From contig JAZKJC010000009.1 in NCBI GenBank assembly GCA_040384565.1, positions 1 through 61,889 on the forward strand: 61,889 bases of DNA, given 5' to 3'. Both the position numbers and the translations under genes were made by a program. Below, piece by piece: positions 15,634-24,972 of this stretch (positions are counted from its first letter, which is position 1; each line of letters begins with the position of its first letter). This DNA is from Patescibacteria group bacterium (GTDB taxonomy: Bacteria > Patescibacteriota > Saccharimonadia > Saccharimonadales > JAZKJC01). Below the pieces are notes generated by a model, which saw only the letters and a program-made list of their open reading frames with translations, ran no database searches and was not told where the DNA came from.

Positions 15634-16619
15634 CTCATTCTTGGTAGGCTACGGGACTGGTCTGACTCGTCTTCTATTTCATGGCCCAATATTTCTTCCA
15701 GAAGATCTTCAATGGTAACGATTCCAATAATCTTATCACCTTGGTCAATTGGGATTAAATGTGTTTTGGCGACAATGAATTTGCGGAACATAGTGTCAAG
15801 AGCTGTCATGCTGCCAACAATCTTGGTTGGATAAAGCCTTAAGTCTTTGACCTGGCGTGGATTCTCATCGAAATCAATATCTACTAAATCTTTCATGAGT
15901 AGAATCCCCAGGCATTCCATGTGAGTATCGTTGAAGACTGGTATGCGGCTATAACCTTTTGCTTTAATTTCATCTATTTTGGCTGCGTCTATAATGGCCT
16001 GCGGAGTTAACGCGTAAACTTTTTTAATTGGTGTCATGATGCTGCTAACCCGTTTTTCACTTAACGAGAGAGCACCGCGCATAATCTCTACTTCGTCCTC
16101 ATCTAACTCGCTTGCTCCAGGACTTAAGTGTTCACTAATGATCATGCCCAGCTCTCCGCGGCTATGAAGATAATGCTTCTCGTGGCCTAGCAGCCTATCA
16201 AGCAACAGCTGGAGAGGTTTGGAAACAGGGTAGGTGAATATAACTAAAAAATTCATTAGTGGTACAAACGTGGAGCAGAAACGCAGCGCATAACGAGTAA
16301 ACAAAGCTTGGGGTAAGACTTCACCAAATATAACGTTTAGTAGTGTACTTATAAGGCCGGCAATTAATCCGCTAAAATAATCACCCAGGAGGATAGAGCT
16401 GGCAGCAACTGCGGCAACATTACCAAGTAATATGCTGGAAAGAGTAAGGTGACTATTTTTGCGAAGCGGCAGTACGCGCTTAGCCATAACGTTGCCAAGT
16501 TTAGCTTTGCGGCGTAAATCGCTTATAGATAGCGACATGAACGCGATATTCAGTCCGGAACAAATGGCCGCAACACCGACTAAACACAAAACTTCAATTG
16601 TAAGCAGGATTTGTTGCAT
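15630..16619 (-). CDS. CNNM/DUF21 + CBS-pair membrane protein (CorC/TlyC-like)
   Basis: N-terminal DUF21-like TM domain (GLNIAFMSLS, LLGNV) followed by a CBS-pair region. The CorC_HlyC tail is absent. Confidence 0.8.
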   Translation of the reverse strand: MQQILLTIEVLCLVGVAAICSGLNIAFMSLSISDLRRKAKLGNVMAKRVLPLRKNSHLTLSSILLGNVAAVAASSILLGDYFSGLIAGLISTLLNVIFGEVLPQALFTRYALRFCSTFVPLMNFLVIFTYPVSKPLQLLLDRLLGHEKHYLHSRGELGMIISEHLSPGASELDEDEVEIMRGALSLSEKRVSSIMTPIKKVYALTPQAIIDAAKIDEIKAKGYSRIPVFNDTHMECLGILLMKDLVDIDFDENPRQVKDLRLYPTKIVGSMTALDTMFRKFIVAKTHLIPIDQGDKIIGIVTIEDLLEEILGHEIEDESDQSRSLPRMS

Positions 16620-16703
16620 GTGGAATTATGCATGTATTGTAAGGCTTAACCTCATAGTGCTCAAGCTATTCTGGCATTATGCTATGCTTAAAAGGTAAGA
16701 ATT

Positions 16704-17246
16704 ATGGCTAAAGCAAGTCTTAAAAAGAAACTGAAGCTTAGCAAAAAACAGCAAAAGCAGTTTCGTAAACTATTGATAACATTTGGCATTGGCCTGGCTG
16801 GCTTTATGACAGGCATTTTAACTACAGTTGTGCTAAACAGGCCAGAGCCACCAAGGAATCTGGTCTGGGCAGCAGATATCGAGGTATCTGTACCTAAAGA
16901 CCTAAGGAAGTTTTTAGAAAATCAATCAGATTGTCAGCAGTACCGTGGTACTGACTCGCCGACTGGTGTAGGCCTCTGGGGTGTATATCAAACTTCCAAA
17001 GGTAGGTTTGCCAAAATAGCCTACGGCTGTTCGTGGAGTTTGAGCAGCTATATAATGGCTATAAAACAAGATGATCAATGGCAGTTATTGCAACCAACCG
17101 AATACTTCGCGCCGTTTAAGGATGGAGTTAGCCCGGCGCAAGGCGCGTTGCCGTACTGTTCAATTATAGAAAAGTATAAAATTCCTAAAGACATAGAATC
17201 CTTTTGTATAAGCAATGACAACAAAGCCCAAAGCAACGATTTCTGA
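16704..17246 (+). CDS. membrane-anchored hypothetical protein
   Basis: Lys-rich N-terminus, one TM segment and a Cys-containing globular part. Confidence 0.5.
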   Translation: MAKASLKKKLKLSKKQQKQFRKLLITFGIGLAGFMTGILTTVVLNRPEPPRNLVWAADIEVSVPKDLRKFLENQSDCQQYRGTDSPTGVGLWGVYQTSKGRFAKIAYGCSWSLSSYIMAIKQDDQWQLLQPTEYFAPFKDGVSPAQGALPYCSIIEKYKIPKDIESFCISNDNKAQSNDF

Positions 17247-17811
17247 TCTTTCCAGCTTGCCTGATCTATCTAGCGCGCTTACTGCGGCGGCCGCCTTGCT
17301 TGGGTGGATGCTAATTCATGACAGCCCAGACGGGTTGACTGCAGGCTATATAGTAGAAACAGAAGCCTACATGGCAGATGACGCTGCCAGCCATACTTTT
17401 AGAGGAGAGAGTGCCCGTAATAAAATTATGTTCGGGCCACCAGGTTATTTATATGTATATTTTACATATGGTATGCATTACTGCGTAAATATAGTGACCA
17501 GTAAGACAGGAAATGGTGAGGCCGTATTAATAAGGGCATTGCAACCTATGGATGGGATAGAATTAATGCGTAAACGTAGAAATAAACAAGTCGACCTTGA
17601 GCTTGCAAGTGGCCCAGCCAAAATGGCGCAAGCCATGGGTATTAACAAAACACACAACGGCGCGTCATTGTTAGGCAAAGATGGTTTCACGCTAAAGCCG
17701 GGTCCTGCGCCTAAGCAAATTACTCAGACAACACGCGTTGGTATCAGCCAAGCCAAAAACAAGCTCTGGCGATTTTATATCACAGATAACCCTTACGTTT
17801 CTAAAAAATAA
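17215..17811 (+). CDS. mpg: DNA-3-methyladenine glycosylase (MPG/AAG family)
   Basis: Motifs IVETEAY, GPPGYLYVYFTYGMHYCVNIV and GPAKMAQAMGI. Confidence 0.8.
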   Translation: MTTKPKATISDLSSLPDLSSALTAAAALLGWMLIHDSPDGLTAGYIVETEAYMADDAASHTFRGESARNKIMFGPPGYLYVYFTYGMHYCVNIVTSKTGNGEAVLIRALQPMDGIELMRKRRNKQVDLELASGPAKMAQAMGINKTHNGASLLGKDGFTLKPGPAPKQITQTTRVGISQAKNKLWRFYITDNPYVSKK

Positions 17812-17827
17812 TACCTATAATAATTAT

Positions 17828-18469
17828 ATGAAAGTAAAAACCAAAAAATCTAGCATGAACTTGTGGATAGCTATTATGGTGAGCGTAACAGTTATTGTCT
17901 TAACAAGTTTTGCTGCGGCTGCTCAAAGCTTAACTGGTATAGAGCTGACAATTTTCAGGTCTATCAATAACTGGCCGGAAAGCTTACGGTTATTATTCTT
18001 TGCTATTACGCAGTTGGGTAGTGCCTGGGTACTTTACGCAATTACCTTGACTGCATTATGGAAGAGACGTTACCGGCTTAGTCTGAGATTATTTTTTACA
18101 GGTGCGGTAGCCTTTATAATGTGCGAGCTACTTAAGCAGAGCATTGGTCGGCCACGGCCAGAGGCGATTTTGGGCAGTATTAATTTGCGCGACAGTATAG
18201 TGGTTGGCAATGGCTTCCCATCTGGCCATACGGCAGTAGCAACTGCTCTGGCATTTGTGCTGTGGCCGCTGTTACCTAGCAGGTGGCGGTGGCTGGCGCC
18301 AGTATTGGTAATGTTAGTCGGATTGTCCAGAGTATATCTAGGCGTGCATGCGCCACTTGATATTGTGGGGGGTATTGCGGTAGGCGTATTAGTTGTTAGT
18401 GCCAGTAAACTAATTACGGGCAAACTTAGATTTGTGACCAAAATCACAGGCATGAAACTAAGAGCCTGA
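17828..18469 (+). CDS. PAP2 family phosphatase
   Basis: KxxxxxxRP (KQSIGRPRP), PSGH and SRVYLGVHAPLD motifs. ATG at 17828. Confidence 0.8.
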   Translation: MKVKTKKSSMNLWIAIMVSVTVIVLTSFAAAAQSLTGIELTIFRSINNWPESLRLLFFAITQLGSAWVLYAITLTALWKRRYRLSLRLFFTGAVAFIMCELLKQSIGRPRPEAILGSINLRDSIVVGNGFPSGHTAVATALAFVLWPLLPSRWRWLAPVLVMLVGLSRVYLGVHAPLDIVGGIAVGVLVVSASKLITGKLRFVTKITGMKLRA

Positions 18470-18627
18470 CCCAATCTCCCCGTTCAAAGGGAAAACACCA
18501 GCAGGCAGGGAGTTTTTAGCGGTTTTTCGGCTAAAAGCATACCTAAACGGTATGGTTTTAGTTGAAAAAATGGTAAAAAGCCCTGGACCTGGTGTTTTAG
18601 CCGGACGGGGGGAATGGGTCAGGCTCT
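18461..18627. repeat. 167-bp long imperfect hairpin
   Basis: AGAGCCTGACCCA pairs with TGGGTCAGGCTCT. Inner pairings are AAAACACCAG/CTGGTGTTTT and GCTAAAAGCATACC/GGTATGGTTTTAGT. The element overlaps the PAP2 stop codon. Confidence 0.65.
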
Positions 18628-18704
18628 AAGGTGAGCGGAGCGCAAACGACTTGCAAAATTTTTAGCATAAGCATATCCTGAATCTGGAAGTGTGAGGCTT
18701 CCAC

Positions 18705-18734
18705 TGACCTCGGTATTTTACCGAGGTCATTTTT
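18705..18734 (+). terminator. intrinsic terminator
   Basis: TGACCTCGGT-atttt-ACCGAGGTCA followed by TTTTT. Confidence 0.65.
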
Positions 18735-18835
18735 AAAAAATAAGACACCTCAAGGGATTCTTATCGCTCAGGCAAAATGAATACATTTTGCCTGAGCTAC
18801 TCTTCCCGAAGACAATGTCGTCTCGCCACCAAAAG

Positions 18836-19261
18836 CTACTTTTTAGTGTAGCAGTTGTGGCAGAGGCCACGGATTTCTAGCTGGTGATCCATTGGTTTAA
18901 ATTTGCTGCGTTGGCTTATTTTAGCGATTTCCTGCTCAATGATGTCGTTGTCTTTTAGGATAAATATTTTCCCGCAGCTAACACAGCTCATGTGGTGATG
19001 ATGGTGTTGAAAGATATCGCTCAGTTCTATCTTAGTGTTCCATCCAAGCCGGATACGATTGATAATTCCTAGTTTTTCAAACAAATCAATATTGCGATAC
19101 ACCGTTACTGGATCATGTTTTTTAGTAAGGTGAATCAATTCTTTCAGCGTGTAAGCAGGATGATTCTGTAAATATCCAAATAATCGCATGCGCGGCTGCG
19201 TTACCAAGTAGCTGTGCTTACGCAATAATGTCTTAAATCGCTCAAATTCTACATCCGCCAT
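18836..19261 (-). CDS. zur: Fur family regulator, probably Zur
   Basis: Winged-helix region (TQPRMRLFGYL...VYRNIDLFEKLGII), a His run plus CxxC (HHHHHMSCVSCG) and a C-terminal CHNC. It is divergent from a ZIP zinc transporter gene. The start is uncertain (19261 or 19279). Confidence 0.7.
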   Translation of the reverse strand: MADVEFERFKTLLRKHSYLVTQPRMRLFGYLQNHPAYTLKELIHLTKKHDPVTVYRNIDLFEKLGIINRIRLGWNTKIELSDIFQHHHHHMSCVSCGKIFILKDNDIIEQEIAKISQRSKFKPMDHQLEIRGLCHNCYTKK

Positions 19262-19280
19262 TTTAAAATAATACTGCATT

Positions 19281-19319
19281 CCACGTACAGATTGCAAAAA
19301 ATTTGCAATCTGTACGTGG
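19281..19319. promoter_or_regulatory. 39-bp perfect palindrome, candidate Zur operator
   Basis: CCACGTACAGATTGCAAA-AAA-TTTGCAATCTGTACGTGG, located between the divergent zur and ZIP genes. Confidence 0.5.
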
Positions 19320-19370
19320 GGGCGCATACTTAAATAGTAAAAAACTAGCGCAGACTGAAAGACGAGGCTC

Positions 19371-20216
19371 ATGGCAAATTACGGACATATAATATTTTTC
19401 TCGCTGATTGGCGGTGTGTTTTCGCTGATTGGCGGTTTCTTACTATTAAGTAATAAGCGGTTGGCTCAGTCTTTGGCTAAATACGCGACTCCGTTTGCAG
19501 CGGGGGCATTACTAGCAGCCGTGTTTTTGGATCTACTCAAAGATGGTCTGGAGACTTCTTCTGCCGATACAGTACTCCTATCAACCTTAATTGGTGTTGT
19601 AACGTTTTTCTTTGCTGAAAGGTTTTTGCATTGGTTTCATCATCACCACCAACACGAGGGTCGTGACCCGGCAACAAGCCTGATTATTGTTGGTGACACT
19701 GTTCATAATGTACTGGATGGAATAGCGATTGCGGCGGCGTTTTTAATTAGTGTGCCAACCGGTATTGTGACTACCTTTGCGGTCGCGGCTCATGAAATAC
19801 CCCAGGAAATAGGTGATTTTGGTTTATTACTAAGTAGAAAAATGAGCCGAAAAAAAGTTGTATGGGTTAATGTGCTGAGCGCCCTTGCGACCACAATTGC
19901 CGCCGTCATTACATTTACGCTGGGAAGCGAAGATAAATTGCCGCTTGGAGCCCTAATTGGCGTTAGCGCTGGCTTTTTGCTGTACATAGCTACCAGCGAT
20001 ATAATCCCAGATATTCACGAACGCTCACCAAAACACAGATTCTTTGACTGGCAGTCTATGATGCTTTTAATTGGCGTCGTCGTCGTCGGCTTATCTATAA
20101 GTATAGCCCACCATTTTGTACCCGAAGAAGCTATTGACAAGCCGGCTCTGGAGCATAATTGCGTAGATTATTATACGAAAGACGGTGCTCAGCTTCTGTA
20201 TAAGGTATGCGAATAA
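19371..20216 (+). CDS. zupT: ZIP family zinc transporter
   Basis: HEIPQEIGDFGLL motif, a His-rich loop (HWFHHHHQHEG) and multiple TM segments. Confidence 0.8.
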   Translation: MANYGHIIFFSLIGGVFSLIGGFLLLSNKRLAQSLAKYATPFAAGALLAAVFLDLLKDGLETSSADTVLLSTLIGVVTFFFAERFLHWFHHHHQHEGRDPATSLIIVGDTVHNVLDGIAIAAAFLISVPTGIVTTFAVAAHEIPQEIGDFGLLLSRKMSRKKVVWVNVLSALATTIAAVITFTLGSEDKLPLGALIGVSAGFLLYIATSDIIPDIHERSPKHRFFDWQSMMLLIGVVVVGLSISIAHHFVPEEAIDKPALEHNCVDYYTKDGAQLLYKVCE

Positions 20217-20376
20217 GTAGACGATCCCAAATAAATCCGACAACTACCACCGCCCTCTCCGGCCAGAAGTTCCTGAAATATGATAACCGTACACGGGGAT
20301 ACGCTGATCATATTTCAGGAACTTCTGACTCGTAGATCATCGCAGTTATTTGTCGGATTTATTTGGGATCGTCTAC
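20217..20376. repeat. 160-bp nested perfect palindrome
   Basis: Outer arms are 27/27 (20217-20243 vs 20350-20376). Inner arms are 21/21 (20264-20284 vs 20307-20327). The element starts on the nt after the ZIP gene stop. Confidence 0.8.
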
Positions 20377-20406
20377 TAAGACCCATTTTTACGGTACAAT
20401 ACGCTC

Positions 20407-21480
20407 ATGACTATTGTTTTGATTGTTATTGGGGTACTAAACGGCTGCCTGCTATTATTTCTTATAATCAGGAAGCCAGCTAAATCCGATGATACAGCGG
20501 CGCAATATTTGAAAGCAGATCTGACAGAGCTAACCAAAGGCGTTAGTGATCTAAAAGAATCGTTAAACGACAAAATTACCGATAAACTGGACAAAAGCCA
20601 GAAACACATCAGTGATTCTATTCAGCAGCAGTTCGCGCAGTCCGCTAAGATAATTTCCGACATTTCAGGGCGCCTGACAAAACTGGATGAAACCAATAAA
20701 CGGGTTGTTGATGTGGCCGATGAACTGAAGGTTTTGCAAAACGTACTACAAAACCCTAAGCAGCGTGGTGTGTTGGGTGAGTTCTATCTAAAGCAAATAC
20801 TGGAAAATATGTTGCCGCCAGGCGCGTTTGAGTTGCAATACCGCATGGGGGACGGATTAGTCGTGGATGCTATTATCCGGTTGGATGACCGGATACTGCC
20901 AATAGATAGTAAGTTTAGTCTGGAGAATTATAATCGGCTTATTGAAGCCAAGCCGGAAAATAAACCAGCACTTAAAAAGATATTCAAAGACGATCTTAAA
21001 AAGCGAATTGACGAAACCGCCAAATACATTTTGCCCAAAAAAGGTACGCTGGACCAGGCATTGATGTTTATACCAAGCGAGGCTATTTACTATGATTTGT
21101 TGGCCAACGATGTTGGCGCTGCCGGCGTAAATGGCAGGGATCTTATGCATTATGCGGCCGTGGAAAAGCGCGTAACTGTGGTTGGTCCCAGCACGCTGAG
21201 CGCCATGCTGCAGATTATTTCACAAGGTCTAAATAGCCTGGAGATCCAAAAAGATACAGAACTAATTCGTAACAATGTAGAGCAACTTGGCAAGCACCTC
21301 AAGAATGTTGACGGTTATTTTGCGCGCCTGGGGAATTCCCTAAAAGCTACAGTAGGACATTTCAACAGCACGCATAAAGAGCTCTCCCGGGTCGATAAAG
21401 ACGTAATTAAAATTGCCGGGGGCAACCCCCAAATTGAGCCTCTTTTAGTCGACCGCCCAACTGATGAGAACGAAAGTTAA
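20407..21480 (+). CDS. rmuC: DNA recombination protein RmuC
   Basis: N-terminal TM and coiled coil, then QRGVLGEFYL...DAIIRLDDRILPIDSKF, typical of RmuC. Confidence 0.8.
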   Translation: MTIVLIVIGVLNGCLLLFLIIRKPAKSDDTAAQYLKADLTELTKGVSDLKESLNDKITDKLDKSQKHISDSIQQQFAQSAKIISDISGRLTKLDETNKRVVDVADELKVLQNVLQNPKQRGVLGEFYLKQILENMLPPGAFELQYRMGDGLVVDAIIRLDDRILPIDSKFSLENYNRLIEAKPENKPALKKIFKDDLKKRIDETAKYILPKKGTLDQALMFIPSEAIYYDLLANDVGAAGVNGRDLMHYAAVEKRVTVVGPSTLSAMLQIISQGLNSLEIQKDTELIRNNVEQLGKHLKNVDGYFARLGNSLKATVGHFNSTHKELSRVDKDVIKIAGGNPQIEPLLVDRPTDENES

Positions 21481-22010
21481 AGGCCTAGGCTACTTAAAAC
21501 AATTTTTTCCTGGTGCTCAAAACTATCAGAAGACTGTATTATGACGCTAGGTAAATCATTAGCTATAGGCTCGAATTGTTCATGAAGTCGCATCGCTCGC
21601 TCTGCAGGTACGGGGTGATAGAGTAGGTCAGGTGTTTGCTCCCGACTCATAGCTCTGCTAAGTGCTAAATCAGACGGCGCCTCTATGACTACAAAAAATG
21701 GAGTAATACCGATGTGGCTTTGAAAAAACGCTACCACTTTTCTTCTTTCATAATTAGTAAGTATATTGCCATCAAAAACAATACTATTATTTTTTTGAAG
21801 CTCTTCAAGTATGAGTTGGTATAATTTAACATATAATTCGGTTCGTTCTTGGTCTGTAAAAACAGGTCTAGGGAAGAATTTATATCTGGCTTGATCGTTA
21901 TTAATATGCTTGAAATGATTATTACTACAGAATTGCGAGGCAAAGTGAGTTTTGCCTGATCCGGGAGGACCGACGAGTATTATGAGTTTCGCGGTAGCGT
22001 TTTTACCCAT
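21477..22010 (-). CDS. P-loop kinase-like ATP-binding protein (AAA_33/zeta-toxin-like)
   Basis: Walker A motif GPPGSGKTH in a small 177-aa protein. Confidence 0.6.
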   Translation of the reverse strand: MGKNATAKLIILVGPPGSGKTHFASQFCSNNHFKHINNDQARYKFFPRPVFTDQERTELYVKLYQLILEELQKNNSIVFDGNILTNYERRKVVAFFQSHIGITPFFVVIEAPSDLALSRAMSREQTPDLLYHPVPAERAMRLHEQFEPIANDLPSVIIQSSDSFEHQEKIVLSSLGL

Positions 22011-22011
22011 A

Positions 22012-23358
22012 CTAATCCTTTAAAAGATCAATAGTGAGAGCCGCGGTCCACGAAAAGTTGGCAGCTCCTGCCGCAGAGCCGTCCAGAGGGCTGAAGTATT
22101 CATTGCAGCCGCCGTTACGTACCATCTCTATTGTCGATTCTTTTAAGGCTTCAGCGTGATCGTTGTAACCCATTCGCTGTAACCCATCGATAATTAGCCA
22201 ATTAGTATTAACCCAAGTGGGGCCTTGCCAGTAAGTATGCGGAGAAAACCATGCGGAATTTTTTGGAACGCTGGGGACGGGAAAGGCTGTCCCAAACATG
22301 TGCTGGTTCTCTAGCAAACGCACCAGTTGGTCTGCCCGCTCTTTGCTAATGGTGCCCGCGTATAACGGCACTAATGCCGCAATCGTAGGTTCTTTCAGAA
22401 GTGTATGGGTAACGAAGTTGCGAGAGTAATATTGTCCAGAGTATGGATCCCATAGTTGGCTTAAGGCAACTTCAGTTTTTTGCATGGATTCCAGGAGTTC
22501 CGACGGTAGCTCTTCTTTCAAAAAATCCGCAATATCCCTTAAATGCTGATTCGCACGGATAAATATGCAGTTAAAAGTCAAATCTTCAATAGCAAAAAGT
22601 GAGTGCGACAATATCTTGTCAATGTCGTAACCCTTACGCCGCAAACGGCGCTGAGTGCTATAAAAGGCCAATGCCTCAATCGGGTCAAGCCGTTCTTCGG
22701 CAGGAATTAGTTTAGTGTCACGGCGGAACATGTTTATGAGCCAGCCAGCTTTGAGCTTTTTGACAATAGTAATCCATACTGCCAGTTGGTGTTCGTGGAG
22801 TTCATGCATCCAGGGAGGTGTATTGTCTAAGCCTGATTCCCAGGGGTGAATAAGTAGCACCAACCCTTCACTATGTGGATCCCGCTCGGTATATAGCCAC
22901 TGGTGATGCGCCAACAGGGCAGGATAGACTTGTCTGTACCAGGAACGGCGCTCAACTTTTTTGAGTTTTTCTCCAATTTTTACAACTGCTTCAGCGATCA
23001 TTGGGGGCTGGGTGATGCCGCTAGTCGCAACATCGTCCGGTGAATACGCATTGCTCCAACTGTTCCAAATGTCACGGTCGCGTCGATATTTTTTGCCACC
23101 CGCCAAAATTAAATTCGGCAACATGCCATTATGCCATTGTCCGCGTAGCAAACTCAAAATTTCGGTTTTTGCTCTATCAATATCTATATGCCTTAGCCCA
23201 ATTGCAATAAAACAACTGTCCCATAACCACTGATGCGGGTAAAGTCCCGGCGCTGGAACGGTATAAGCACCATCATCATTACGGCCTAATACAGCTGTGG
23301 CTTCTGCCAAGATATCTTGTTTAACTCCAGGCTCATCAACCGGCTGCTCGTCGTCCAT
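22012..23358 (-). CDS. (alpha/alpha)6-barrel glycoside hydrolase, GH63/MGH-like
   Basis: PHQWLWDSCFIAIGL and GPTWVNTNWLIIDGL motifs, as seen in glucosyl/mannosylglycerate hydrolase- or trehalase-like enzymes. Confidence 0.6.
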   Translation of the reverse strand: MDDEQPVDEPGVKQDILAEATAVLGRNDDGAYTVPAPGLYPHQWLWDSCFIAIGLRHIDIDRAKTEILSLLRGQWHNGMLPNLILAGGKKYRRDRDIWNSWSNAYSPDDVATSGITQPPMIAEAVVKIGEKLKKVERRSWYRQVYPALLAHHQWLYTERDPHSEGLVLLIHPWESGLDNTPPWMHELHEHQLAVWITIVKKLKAGWLINMFRRDTKLIPAEERLDPIEALAFYSTQRRLRRKGYDIDKILSHSLFAIEDLTFNCIFIRANQHLRDIADFLKEELPSELLESMQKTEVALSQLWDPYSGQYYSRNFVTHTLLKEPTIAALVPLYAGTISKERADQLVRLLENQHMFGTAFPVPSVPKNSAWFSPHTYWQGPTWVNTNWLIIDGLQRMGYNDHAEALKESTIEMVRNGGCNEYFSPLDGSAAGAANFSWTAALTIDLLKD

Positions 23359-23375
23359 ATTTTAAGTATAACGTG

Positions 23376-23873
23376 CTAACGATAGTTGGTAAAAGATAAT
23401 GGGTAATCGAAGTCTTGGGATTTTAGAAGTTGCATGACGGCTTGGAGGTCGTTTTTGCTGCTACTGGTAATTCTTACTTCTTCGCCTTGAATTTGGGTTT
23501 TAACTTTTGGGTAATTGTCACGTACCAGGCTAGTGATCTTTTTGGCGTTTTCCTGACTCAAACCTTGTTTGAACAGTACTTCTTTAGTGGTTTTTAAATT
23601 TGCTACCACAGGCTCCTTAGACGTGTCCAGAACTTTTTGGCTTTGATCGCGGGCGGCCAGCTTCTTGCGCACAATGTCCAGTATGGCGTCAATTTGCCAT
23701 TCGCCACTGCCTGTGACTTTGAGCCCGGTTTTTTCAGCATTAAGCCACTCTATTTCGGCAGGTGTACCTTTAAAGTCATAACGGTTTGCCATCTCCCGCT
23801 GAGTCTGGTCAAAGACGTTATTCATCTCTGCCTTGTCATAATCACTCACCACATCAAAAGAAAAATTCGCCAT
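23376..23873 (-). CDS. yajQ: YajQ family nucleotide-binding protein
   Basis: SFDVVSDYDKAEMNNVFDQTQREMANRYDFKG with a typical length of 165 aa. Confidence 0.8.
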   Translation of the reverse strand: MANFSFDVVSDYDKAEMNNVFDQTQREMANRYDFKGTPAEIEWLNAEKTGLKVTGSGEWQIDAILDIVRKKLAARDQSQKVLDTSKEPVVANLKTTKEVLFKQGLSQENAKKITSLVRDNYPKVKTQIQGEEVRITSSSKNDLQAVMQLLKSQDFDYPLSFTNYR

Positions 23874-23911
23874 ACCTCCAGATTACCACAGATGTTATAC
23901 TGCTTGTAATT

Positions 23912-24952
23912 ATGGCGTATTCAAATGCACGGATCGGAGAAGTTGCTGAAATCCTTAAAACCCGGCTAAAGAAGCTTGAAAATAAAGCCGATATATTAAA
24001 GGCGACTGAACTTAAGGCGCTGTACACGGGAATACCCAGCCTGCCAGCAAGCAAGCGAGGTGCGTTTGGCAAGGAGCTCAATAACCTTAAAACTGAGCTT
24101 GCTAGCATGGCAGAAAGCTATCAGCTATCAGCTACTAGCCAAAAACTATCCCCAATAGATGTGACCGCGCCCTTTGACATAAACATTCCAACTGACAAAA
24201 GGCCTAGGCTACTGAGTGCGGAGTTAGGCAGTCAGCACCCAATTACAGCGGAAATCGCGATTTTGGCCGACATAGCTCAGCGTATGGGCATGGAAGTGGT
24301 AGAAAGCCGGCAGCTGGACGATGACTACCATATGTTTGAGTCGCTTAACTTCCCAGAAGGCCATCCGGCACGGGATGATTACGATACTTTCATGACGACC
24401 GATGGATTCATTGCGCCGGCACATACCAGCACCATGCAAAACCGGGTGATCAAAGCACGAAAGAAGCAGCTGGAGTCAGGCGAACCAATCGCAGTGCTGG
24501 TGCCAGACAGAGTCTTCCGCAACGAAGATCTCGATGCCCGGCATGAGCATACGTTTTACCAGCATGAAGGCGTCTATGTGGGTCAAGACATCCATGTTGG
24601 TCATTTGTTGGCGACGCTCAAGACTATATTGCAGGAATATTTTGGCAAGGAACTGGAAATCAAAACCCAACCATTTTACTTTCCGTTCACTGAGCCGTCA
24701 TTCGAATTCGCGGTCAGCTGTCCTTTTTGCGATAAAGCCGGCTGCGGCATCTGCGGTGAGGGCTGGATGGAATTGCTTGGCTGCGGCATGATCCATCCTA
24801 ATGTGCTAAAGATGGCAGGCGTGGATCCTGCTAAATACACTGGCTTTGCCTGGGGCGGCGGTATAGAGCGGCTCATCATGGTGAAATACAACATCGAGGA
24901 TGTGCGTCACTTTGAATCCGGCAAACTAGACTTCCTGAGGCAATTCAGTTAG
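23912..24952 (+). CDS. pheS: phenylalanine--tRNA ligase alpha subunit
   Basis: HPARD, FRNE and GWGGGIERL class II motifs. ATG at 23912. Confidence 0.9.
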   Translation: MAYSNARIGEVAEILKTRLKKLENKADILKATELKALYTGIPSLPASKRGAFGKELNNLKTELASMAESYQLSATSQKLSPIDVTAPFDINIPTDKRPRLLSAELGSQHPITAEIAILADIAQRMGMEVVESRQLDDDYHMFESLNFPEGHPARDDYDTFMTTDGFIAPAHTSTMQNRVIKARKKQLESGEPIAVLVPDRVFRNEDLDARHEHTFYQHEGVYVGQDIHVGHLLATLKTILQEYFGKELEIKTQPFYFPFTEPSFEFAVSCPFCDKAGCGICGEGWMELLGCGMIHPNVLKMAGVDPAKYTGFAWGGGIERLIMVKYNIEDVRHFESGKLDFLRQFS

Positions 24953-24972
24953 GGAAGAATGGAGAATGATGA

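Noticed and set aside
15258-15647. Track ORFs 15258..15494 (-) and 15420..15647 (+).
   Set aside because: They are antisense to, or out of frame with, the more plausible membrane-protein ORF at 15352..15633, and they cross the promoter/terminator unit.
18070-18474. Long antisense ORFs inside well-supported genes, for example 18070..18474, 30560..30958, 39593..40126, 41504..41899, 48761..49222 and 50980..51330.
   Set aside because: Each lies fully inside a gene with clear family motifs on the other strand. None has an SD or recognisable motifs.
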